DNA of 56,640 bases, counting the filler, from Basidiobolus ranarum (taxonomy: Eukaryota): the NCBI GenBank assembly GCA_040143965.1. It is 5 parts of 5 records of this genome, joined end to end, with 100 filler letters (N's around TTAATTAATTAA, not from the genome) between each part and the next. Parts side by side here need not be neighbours in the genome. Positions count along the whole stretch, not along the records: positions 34,110 to 45,332 come from JASJQH010000628.1; positions 45,433 to 56,640 come from JASJQH010000629.1; 3 more parts are not named here. One strand, written 5' to 3'. Made by a program: the position numbers and the translations under genes. Within the stretch, counting starts at the first letter, position 1, and every line of letters starts with the position of its first letter. The notes under the pieces were generated by a model that was given only the letters and a program-made list of their open reading frames with translations, was not told the origin of the DNA and made no database searches. Of this stretch, positions 40,284 to 50,744 are shown piece by piece.

Positions 40284-41958
40284 ATGTCTTCTATCTACCG
40301 TACTCTGTTCACATCTGCTAGGAGTAACACAGTTGCAAATCAACTTCGCCTATCTTTTGTCCGCGCCTCTCCACACTATTTGCCAGCCTTGAGTAATGGC
40401 GCTTTGGTAATTATCAGCTCTTTTTAATCGATACCTGCTTTGCTAGACTCTAAATGCTCATAACACCTTCACTTAGCTTACCAGTCAACGCTACTCCTCT
40501 AGCGGATCACAAAAGATCTACGGTTCGGCCCTTGAGGCTACCAAAGACATTCCCAGTGGCTCTAAGCTTCTTGTTGGTGGCTTTGGGCTGTGTGGTATTC
40601 CTGAGAATTTGATTGGCGCCTTACAACATCATTCACACATCAAAGACTTGACAGCCGTATCCAACAATGCAGGAGTCGATGACTTTGGCTTAGGTTTACT
40701 TCTTAAATCTGGACAAATTAAGAGAATGATGTCTTCATACGTTGGTGAGAACGCAGAGTTTGAGCGTCAATATTTAAATGGTGAACTTGAGGTTGAGCTT
40801 ATTCCTCAAGGAACCTTAGCAGAGCGTGTTCGTGCTGGTGGTGCTGGAATTCCTGCATTTTTTACCGCTACTGCTTATGGAACCCAAATACAACATGGTG
40901 GTGTACCAATTAAATATTCTAACGATGGAAAACGTACACCAATCATCTCTTCTCAACCACGCGAATCTCGTGAGTTCAACGGTATTAACTACATTATGGA
41001 GGAGGCTATTACCGGTGATTTCGCCTTGGTCAAGGCTTGGAAAGGAGATGCTTTTGGTAATTTAGTATTCAAGGGGTCTGCTCGTAACTTCAATCCTGCC
41101 ATGGCAAGAGCAGGAAAAATCACTATTGCTGAAGTGGAGGAAATTGTCCCAGTAGGTTCTTTGAAGCCTGATGAGATCCATCTCCCTGGTATTTATGTTC
41201 AGCGCTTAATCAAAGGTGATTCGTATGAGAAACGCATAGAACGTCTTACTTTGAGTCAAGAAGGTGGTGAGCTTTCTAGCCCCAAGAAGGGTGGAGACAG
41301 TCATAAGAAACGTGAGAGAATTGTACGTAGAGCTGCTAAGGAATTCGCAGATGGAATGTATGTAAACTTAGGCATCGGAATGCCTATGCTCGCTTCCAAC
41401 TACGTTGAACCTGGTATGACCGTCCATCTTCAGAGTGAGAATGGTATCCTTGGTCTTGGTCCTTTCCCAAAACCTGGTGAACAAGATCCTGATCTTATCA
41501 ATGCTGGAAAAGAGACCGTCACTCTCATTGAAGGGTCATCACTCTTTGGTAGTGACGACTCATTTGCTATGATCCGTGGTTCTCATGTGGATCTTACTAT
41601 TCTTGGTGCCATGGAAGTTTCCTGCAATGGTGACTTGGCCAACTGGATTATCCCAGGGAAGATGGTAAAGGGCATGGGTGGTGCTATGGACTTGGTTGCT
41701 GCCGATAAAACCAAGGTAGTTGTTACCATGGATCACACCTCTAAGTCTGGAGCTCACAAGATTTTGCCAGAATGTAATCTCCCACTCACCGGAGTTAGCT
41801 GCGTTGATCGTATTATTACCGATTTATGTGTATTTGATATCGACAAGCAGAGAGGACTAATTTTGAAGGAACTTGCTAAGGGAGTTACCGTTGACGAAGT
41901 CAAGGCAAAGACTGGGTGTCCATTTGAAGTAGCTTCTGATTTGAAGGAAACTTATTAA
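40284..41958 (+). CDS. OXCT1: Mitochondrial succinyl-CoA:3-oxoacid CoA-transferase (SCOT), ~534 aa
   Basis: Exon 1 40284-40406 (presequence-like) and exon 2 40477-41958. Motifs [36 protein letters not shown] (catalytic Glu) and GMGGAMDL; fused A+B form. Confidence 0.95.
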
Positions 41959-43269
41959 GATTTGAGGTTGAATGGACATATTCTTCGTCACGAGAGCTCT
42001 ATTCTCACAGGGCTGGCAGGATTCGAAATTTAGAACAACCTCCAACTAGTCGACTTTCTCCAAATAATCTGTCTCACATATCTATCATAACAACTTTTGT
42101 ACACTAAACAAATTCAGCATCATTAAAGTCTCATTACTTCTTTGTAATAACACTAGCTTACAATTGTTGGTTGTACCCTTGTCTTTGCTTCATCAAGGGT
42201 AACTCTGTCTCTTACCGTCTTCTAAGCAGGTTCTTAAGTTTTATACGGTACTGATTAACATTTTAAGTACTCAATACTATATTCATGAATAACAAGCCTA
42301 AGCATTGTTTAGAATAGGGAGCAGAATAGATTTGGTATTTATGAAGAACAAAGTCGCCGGCATTATTTCCAGAATCCACTTTGCGGTATCTAATACTATT
42401 CCACCCCATTTTCTATTTTACGAGTACTTAAGAAATCCACTATCACTCTGGAAATCAATCAAGTTGGGGTGGTGAATAGGGGTAAGATATTCGCAATGAT
42501 GTGTGATTAAACTTTAAAATTTAATACCCATATATATCTTTCAATCAAAGTCTAGTTTCAACTATGATTACCTTGGTGGAATAGCTTTTCTAAATACTTT
42601 AACTAGCGTGTACAATCTTATAGGTGAAATGGGTACATACAAATAATTAATACTTAATGTGATTTATAATAGTTTCTGATGAATTCATATTTGCATTAGG
42701 AATGATGTAAAATCAATACAAACCTGTATTCATAGGATGTTGGAGAATTCAAAGATTAGATAAGTTGGAGAATCTTTTATTTCTGAAAAATCTTGTGAGC
42801 TATCTCAAGTAGTTAATATATAGTTAGCTTGTGAGATGACCAGAAAACAAATAGTGAAAGTGTATGAATATACATATATATTTATACATGTTGAAGGATT
42901 TTGACATAATGGGGATAGACTTTATATATTAGAGGAAACTTATGATAGTATCTTGGCTGCTTTATTCTTAAGAGAATACAGTGACCTATTGTTGTGCACC
43001 AACATACAGAGTTGCTTAGCTTGTGCTATCCCTATTCAATTTCTATAAGTATTTGTTTAGTCAATCATGATCTTATAACAAGTCACCTAACCTCATCCAG
43101 TGGCTACATCATGTGACTTATCACATGACTAACTATGCATTTTCTCATCCCTTCTATCAGATCATAAGATCCATCATATGAATATTATTCAATCAGTAAT
43201 AATCACTGAGTCATCTGCCCAGACACAAGTTAATATATGTCATAAGAATCATAAGCAATGCTCTTTCAC

Positions 43270-43601
43270 TGTCAAGACTTCAGCTGATGCATGATTTACT
43301 TATCTATCTATCAAATCATATTTCCTTTTATCATAATTAGTGATCTATCATCTTGACACTGACCAATTCACATTGCTATCAGAAAGTATAAATAAAGCTA
43401 ACTGAACCTTTTGGTTTATTGTATGTCCTAACAAATACTAGTTCATCATTATCTGCCTTGTGCATCTCAAGCATTATCACACTCTCATTCTAGTTTTCTA
43501 TCTAAGCTTGGTATCCACTAGCACCTACAGAACACCAAGCCTAGCTGTCTAGCAAACCTACTCTCCACTATTAAATAGCAAATCACTGCTATTCTCAAGA
43601 C
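43270..43601 (+). repeat. Probable LTR of family B (5' boundary uncertain)
   Basis: Its last 89 bp match window positions 1-89. A candidate TGTC start at 43270 (alternative 43238) is complementary to the GACA end seen at 87-90, and there is an internal TATAAATAAA. Confidence 0.5.
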
Positions 43602-43947
43602 TGTTAAGATTAGCATTGTCTAAAAATCTTTATAGTCTTATATTGCTTAGCATTTAGTTATCTTATATTACACTAAGATATTGTCATTATTTTCAATTAG
43701 AATTTACTTGGAGTATTTTTACCAAATTAGAAGTTTTAGCTATATGAATTTTTTCAAGCTTGTGCTAGAAGCCACAAGCTTTGCACACATGTTCCTGGGA
43801 CATTCCTTAGCACATCATACATGTTAATTTGTTTATGTCTTGACAAAAGTATAAATATCTACTATCTACTCAATAAATCAATCAGTGACAACCACCAATC
43901 TCTCTAATTTTTCAAACCATTTCCAACAGGCTCCCAAATACTTTAAT
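43602..43947 (+). mobile_element. Copia LTR family A, full-length copy (346 bp)
   Basis: TGTTAAGATTAGC...CAAATACTTTAAT; colinear with the adjacent copy at 43948-44294. Confidence 0.9.
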
Positions 43948-45332
43948 TGCTGAAATTAGCATTGCCTAAACACCTATATAATCATATATAGCTTAGTACT
44001 TAGTTATCTTATAACTCACAAAGATATTATCCATTATTCTGAATTGGAATTTACTTGGAATTATTTCACACACTTAGAAGTTCTCAGATATATAGTTTTT
44101 CAAACTTGTGCTAGAAGCCCGAAATGTTCCACACAATTTCCTGAGACCTTCCTTAACACATTCTACTTATTAGTTTGCTTACATCTTGACAAAACTATAA
44201 ATGTCAACTGAATACTCAATAAATCAAATAGTGAAAACCACCAATTTCTCTAACTATCCACACCACTTCCAACAGCCTCCCAAATACTTAAACAGGTTAT
44301 GAGCCCAAAGCTTGCACTCTCTGTAATATCTTCTTCTCAAATATATGGAACTTTTCCCTCTACTGAAAAATTGGATGGAACCAATTATCACATTTGGAAA
44401 CTTAAAATGAAAATACTGCTGCAAGAGAAAGGACTTTGGGACACTGTTTTAGGAGATGAAAACAATGCAAAACTATCTGAAACCAAAGTTTTATTCCTGG
44501 TTAAAAAAGAACAAAGTGCCTATAACACAATTTGTCTTAATGTTAAAGACAAATTGCTAATTCAATGTTCCAGAGCTAAAACTGCCAAGAAAGTATGGAA
44601 AGCCTTGGAAAGCACCTACCAAACAAGTTCTGCTGCCAAAAAGATGTTTCTAAGAAGATAATTCTTTAGCTTAAAGGTGAAGCCAGGAGAAGACATTAAA
44701 TCACTGATTTATAGAGCACTATTTTAGTGGATGAAATGGAATACATAGGAGCACCTACTACTGCTCAGGATATCATAGTCACAGTCCTGGGTAGCCTGCC
44801 ACACAAGTTTCAGAGCTTAGTAATGGCTCCAAAATCAAGAACTGAAAATTTGAACTAAAATTATGCATTTGGCAGACTTCTGGATGAAGATTTACTCAAA
44901 TCAGGATCCAACCAAAAGAATGAAGAAAATGCTTTAATAGGCTATGGGAAGCCTTCCTATAAAGGTCAAATGCACTTTAAGAGAAAAAGTAACATATTCT
45001 GTGATTACTCTGAAAGAACTGGCCATTTAAGCAAAGATTGCTTTAAAAGAAATGGTAAATAACAAAAACATACTGAATCTGGAAGTTTGGTTACAACAGG
45101 AGATCACTTGTTCATATCTGCACTATCCATGACTGCCAACAAGGATTCTCAGACATGGTATATTGAATCTGAAGCTTCCCAACATTTCACAAATGAAAAA
45201 CATTGGTTTGTGGATTATGATGAAATCCCAATTAGAAAGGTTTTCATGGCAGATGACTGCACATTGGATGCTTTTGGAATAGGAACATTTCAAGTCAATT
45301 TATCTGGAGCTTCAGAACAGAAAGTATATACT
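43948..45332 (+). mobile_element. Degenerate Ty1/copia retrotransposon: 5' LTR (43948-44294), PBS, gag and protease; cut by the contig end
   Basis: The LTR runs TG...CA. Gag reads EKLDGTNYHIWKLKMKILLQEKGLWD...AKKVWKALESTY. The zinc knuckle (CDYSERTGHLSKDC) and protease motif (WYIESEASQH, from WxxDSGAS.H) are decayed, with stops and frameshifts. Confidence 0.93.
44295..44306 (+). promoter_or_regulatory. Primer-binding site GGTTATGAGCCC (initiator-Met tRNA anticodon-arm type)
   Basis: Directly follows the LTR-terminal CA; same motif class as the Ty5 and Drosophila copia PBS. Confidence 0.85.
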
Positions 45333-45432
45333 NNNNNNNNNNNNNNNNNNNNNNNNNNNNNNNNNNNNNNNNNNNNTTAATTAATTAANNNNNNNNNNNN
45401 NNNNNNNNNNNNNNNNNNNNNNNNNNNNNNNN
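45333..45432. other. Artificial contig linker
   Basis: 44 N + TTAATTAATTAA + 44 N. Confidence 0.98.
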
Positions 45433-46499
45433 ATCCGATTGAGAATAATTGATAATATCTTAGTGAATTATAAGATAACTAAGTACTAAGCTATATATGA
45501 CTATATAGGTGTTTAGGCAATGCTAATTTCAACAATTTAATGTCTTCTCAAGGCTTCATGTTTAAGTTAAGAATTATCTTCTTAGAAGCATCTTGTTGGC
45601 AGCAAAACATGTTTGGTAGGTGTCTTTCAAAACTTCCCACACCTTCTTGGCAGTTTAACTCTTGAGCATTGAATTAGCAATTGGTTATTACTATTATGGC
45701 AAATTGTGTTGAAGGCACTCAGTTCTTATTCAAAATATTATTTAGAACTCAAATTAGATCTTAATTTGAAACTTAATTCTAAATCTTCTCTTAAGTCGCA
45801 TTTAAAACTTTTCCAAATTATCTTTGCAACATTGTTTGTACTGTTATCATTGTTAAATTACTTAGGAGCCTGTTGGAAATGGTTTGGTGAATTAGAGAAA
45901 TTGGTCATTTCACTTATTGATTTATTGAGTAGAAAGTTGACATTTATAGTTTTGTCTTGAAGTGTACAAGCTGACATGTAAATTGTGTTTAGGAAGGTCC
46001 TAGGAACATGTGTGCAGAGTTTGGGACTTCTAGCACAAGTTTGAAAAATCTATATATCTGAGAACTTCTAAGTTGGTAAAAATATTCCAAGTAAATCTGA
46101 CTGAGAATAATGGATAATATCTTAGTGAAATATCAGATAGCTAAGTACTAAGCTATATATGACTATATAGGTGTTTAGGCAATGCTAGTTTCAACACACT
46201 TCTACAATTGTATCCCAAAGTCCTTTTTCTTATAATTTCAACATTGCCAAGATGTAAACAAGCTAATATGTAGAATGTGTTAAGGAAGGTCCCAGAAATA
46301 TATGTGCAACATTTGGGGCTTTTAGCACAAGCTTCAAAAATCCATATATCTGAGAACATTGAAGTTGGTAAAAATATTTGAAGAAAATTTCAATTGAGAA
46401 TAATGGGCAATTTCTTAGTTCAATATAAGATGACTGAGCACTAAGCAATATATGACTATATAGCTGGGAAGGCAATACTAATATCAACACTCTCCTTCA
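45433..46499 (-). mobile_element. Nest of copia family A fragments: LTR 5' end (45534-45433), gag pieces (45730-45535 and ~46232-46197), full LTR (46196-45851), truncated 3' LTR (46489-~46246) with polypurine tract
   Basis: Reverse complements match 43948-44294 and gag 44420-44700. The LTR starts read TGTTGAAAT, TGTTGAAAC and TGTTGATAT. GAAGGAGAG immediately precedes the TG at 46489. Confidence 0.9.
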
Positions 46500-47238
46500 A
46501 CTAAATAGTCATATAAACTAATCCACAGATTTATCATATTTCTTTTTTATTACCTACCACTGACGCAATTATAGTTTATTTTCATTTTCAAGTTCAAATT
46601 GGTCCACCTATAGATATCAGAACTCTCATTAAATATCATATAAGTTCGGTGCATGTTCAGATATTCAGAATCGTTCAGCAATTAGGTAGGACAATATTTC
46701 GAAGTCCAAACATTTCTAGTGCGACCTCAGCTGATGAAAATCATTTCTGTATAAGCAGTAGTGTTGTTCTGTATCAACATGTGTGAGCAAATTATCGGAC
46801 CTGCAGACGTTGCATGATATTCAGTGTATATTATCGAGTTTATATAAAGAAAGCATTATAGTGCCAATCGTGTATTATCGGATTTACTTGCGTATGCCTC
46901 AACACTTTCTAATTGGATGACGAGGCAAGTGACACATCTTGCTCTATCCAGCTCGAGGCCATCAATTTAACAAAATAGGTCACGCGACCTACTAATGTGG
47001 ATTTATCATGGTAAACTGGGAAACCAAAATTGGGAAATCAACAACTAGCACATCCCGAATAAACATCCCGACAAATGGATCGCCTCTCTGTATACCAATT
47101 CAATATTACATCGATCGCAAACAAATGGTATGTTTGTTGCCACACTTTCAATAGACTCCAGATTTTTGGCCAATATATAAGAATGTGTCTGGCTGAGGTG
47201 AAGCCCTATTATTTCGTAAACTGTGAATTGTATTTTAT

Positions 47239-48976
47239 ATGGACGAAACTGAAAGAGACACCGAGCATTCGCCTTTGATAAGGCAGAATGTACAACTAAA
47301 GGAAACGCGTATACCATATATATGGCTTTATTTGTATCATATCTTTAAGTATGTTATGAAATTTGCTGCCTTTATGTTAAGCCATTGTATACTCATCCTT
47401 ATCTTTACGTCACAGTACTTGGAGCGATCGGTTTTATGAATTCGCTACCTTTGTGTTTATCATGGATGTATTTAAGAATACTCTACTTCCTTCTTCTCTG
47501 TATGGATTTGTTTTCACTGCTTCAGGAATCCTTTTAAGCAATGCGGTTGGAAAGTGGATAGATTGCACTCCAAGACTTCGAGGTATTACTACCTAACCCA
47601 CACATTACACTTCGTTTTTGTTTTACTCATCAGTCGCTTTCTTATAGCTATCCGAGTATTTGTTCCTATCAAAAGACTAAGTATTGCCTTGATTTCACTT
47701 GGGTACTTCCTACTCTTTACCTTTTATGATTATGAGGTTATCCCTGAGGAAAGTAAACCTGTGTGTTATACTATCTTTGGCGCAATGATATTGCTTGGCG
47801 GTACCTTAAAGCTCGCGAGCGTTGGAGCTAGCATAGTGGTGGAGAAAGATTGGCTTGTAATTATCGCACAATCAGATTCTGAAATACTGACTCGTGAGTT
47901 GCTTTTTATAAACAAATCCTGGTAAATACTGGCTCATAGTACGTTAACTTAGGTGTCAACTCCGTTATGCGTCGGATTGAACTCGTTTGCAAGATGGTTA
48001 CTCCATTGGCATTTGGTTTCCTCGTCACCGCTCAGTCCACCATGTTTTGTGTGATCTTTATGGGCTTCTGGTCTATTTTTTCGATGGTGTGTGAGTTGTA
48101 TCTAATTCAGCAAGTCTATGACAGTATTCCATGTTTGTCGGAGGCAAAGCAGCCTATACTAGCGCCATATCTTGGTGTGGCTAATAATGAAGACAGAGGT
48201 GGTCATGGTGTGGAGCAAGGCGAGGGTTCCATTAATCGTGATAAGCACAGCGACGATTCTTGGCTCATACGTTTATACAATGATTGGCTGGTGTACTATA
48301 GACATCCGGTCTTTGCTGGTAAGTATTTCAAAAGAACCAAACTGTGAGACTATTAACTAATATGACTTTAGTATCACTTTCGTATGCAATGGTGTACATG
48401 TCAGTTCTAAGTATTGCTGGCACCATGGTTTCGTGGCTCAAATGGAGAGGCTACTCCGATTATTTGATTGGGATTATGCGCAGCGTCATGGCCTTGCTGG
48501 CTATTCTTGGGACGTTCCTGATGCCTCTTATGTCTCGCTTCCTGGGATTGATGAAAACCGCGCAGATCTCAGTAAGCCTGGAATGGGTGGCCTTGATTCC
48601 TGTCATAGCATCATTCTTCATGTATCAAAGTTGGTTTACTACGGTGTTACTGATCGGTGGTATCTCGCTGTCAAGAACATGTGTGTGGATTTTTGATCTC
48701 AGCCAAATGCAAATTCTACAGGAACAAATCACCAACTCTCAAACTGGGTTGATACATGGATGGCACTTTACCATGTGCAATCTGTTCGACCTTGGCCAGT
48801 TTGTGCTAACCATTATATGGAGTGACCCTCGTATATTTAAGATCCCCGCCATGATCTCATTCTGTATGGTTTTCCTGGCCGCCTGTACATTCAGTAGGTA
48901 AGCACGTAAGAAACATGCCTATTTGCCTGACCAAAACTAACATTGTTCTTCTAGATTCTATTACAGACCTTCCTAA
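47239..48976 (+). CDS. Ferroportin-family (SLC40/FPN1/IREG) metal exporter, ~478 aa
   Basis: Exons 47239-47348, 47416-47582, 47648-47893, 47953-48318, 48372-48897 and 48955-48976 join in frame. Motifs TWSDRFYEFA, LLPSSLYG, VGKWID, IVVEKDWLV, NSVMRRIELVCK and SRTCVWIFDLSQMQILQE. Confidence 0.9.
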
Positions 48977-50744
48977 GTCCATCCTCCATCCCTCCCCCAT
49001 TAATACCCTTAAAGCGGCTTGTTCTCCTCATTCTTCCGTTGCCTCATATATATATAGAATAAATCTCTTGCACCAAATACCATTTGATATACCCAAAGCG
49101 ATACGTATATGTACGAGTGTGGTTGATTAATTTCCATATCTTACTACCCACCAATCTTTCTTAGCGACGTGATGGGCCACGATCAGGTAGATGGTTCATG
49201 GTTCTCCCTAATTCTGACTTTGAAGATCTCTTATGGACATTCGTCAGAGTGATCCAAGAGTATTTCCGAATAAGCCTTGGTTAGAAATCAATCAGCCACA
49301 ATTAGAAATCCAGCAAAGCAGTGTTCACCAATTAGTGGCTGAACCTTGTTCCATCCAATAACCTTGAGAGTGTCCAAATTAAACAAACGATAGATCGATT
49401 GATTGAAAGACAGATTAATCGATGCACTCAAATCCAAAAGTTACCACGGTATGATGGCCATCACTCACACACATCACACACATCACTCATATCAACAACT
49501 GTAACCCAACAATCTGGCAACCTCGTATTGGTTACTAAAAAGAATATATCAACATCAACACTGCCACCCTTAACTGAACTGATGCAGCGCTTCCTATCTG
49601 CAGTAATCAACTTCCAACGATTATCTCACACAACGGAAGCATGGGATGCGAGACAGTTTCACGTAGAGATGAAAGATCCAAGCATACTTGTTATCACTTG
49701 ATATATCACATCTATTACATATTACTCAAAGAATCCATTCTAAAAGTAGCGAATGGCCATATCGTATTGGATCTAAATAGAGTGTCACATATATAGCTTT
49801 GGCTCTCAAGGGCAATGGATGGACAACGGGTAACGGAAAGTCCTTGACAACAGTCTTTCTAGGCTCCTTCTCGTCCACACCAGAATACTACACATTATGA
49901 CGATCAAAGCCACAAAACTATGAAGAGAAGCTTGCATGAAACAAACCACACAGTGATCTGCAGCTTTTGCCTCATCTTACCGTTATCCCTTGTTTGAATC
50001 AACTAGACATCATCATTCGTATAAGTTACATATGTATAAATTACTATTGCGTGGATATATGCGATAATTAAAAGGTTTAGAGGGAATTTTAAAATCATTC
50101 CTCATATCAGCTGCATACGTTCCGCCGACTGGAGATATACCGGAATGCATGGCTTTACAGTCAGGGGAGTGATAACGGTTTCTTAAATCACTTTCATTGT
50201 TATTGATCCTAAGTAGGATCGAATCCATCATTAGCATATATTCGAACATTCCTTATGCGTGAAGAGATAAAGTAAATAGTTATTTGTTTCGTTAAACGAG
50301 TTCGCTTTGTGACTCGATGTTTTCTGTTCATGTACGATTGGTGCACATGTGACGATACTCCGGAGAACCCAACATATTAGCAGTCACGCTTATAAGAATA
50401 GTCAATTAGCTTGTTTCTGTACAAACAAAATTTCCTTGTGTTGCTTTGCTCTACTGTGCATTTCTTTGGAAACTTTCTCTTTTCATCATTCCCATTCTAT
50501 CCTAGTGCCTTAAGTACTGCTTCAACAAATTCACTTTAAGTACTCACTCAAGGTTTACTAACCCCAACCACCTTGTAGTGTAATCGATCCGTTTTTCTTT
50601 AAAAATTTAATAGTTCCTACCAACAATATCTTATTTTTCTTCCTAGTCCTCAATTAATAGAAAACCCTTTACTAATAATCCAGTACTTTCAAACCACCGC
50701 CACCGCTTCTTTAGTTTTTGAGATACTAGCGTACCAGGGAAATA

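Noticed and set aside
40609-41958. Long intron-poor SCOT ORF as a possible bacterial transfer
   Set aside because: It has an upstream spliced exon with a mitochondrial presequence and the fused eukaryotic architecture.
42010-42030. Minus-strand TTCGAATCCTGCCAGCCC resembling a tRNA 3' end
   Set aside because: The 5' side of the T-stem and the rest of the cloverleaf are missing.
43948-46196. Opposite-orientation LTR/gag copies flanking the linker, resembling a large inverted-repeat element
   Set aside because: They lie on different contigs; the arrangement is an artefact of concatenation.
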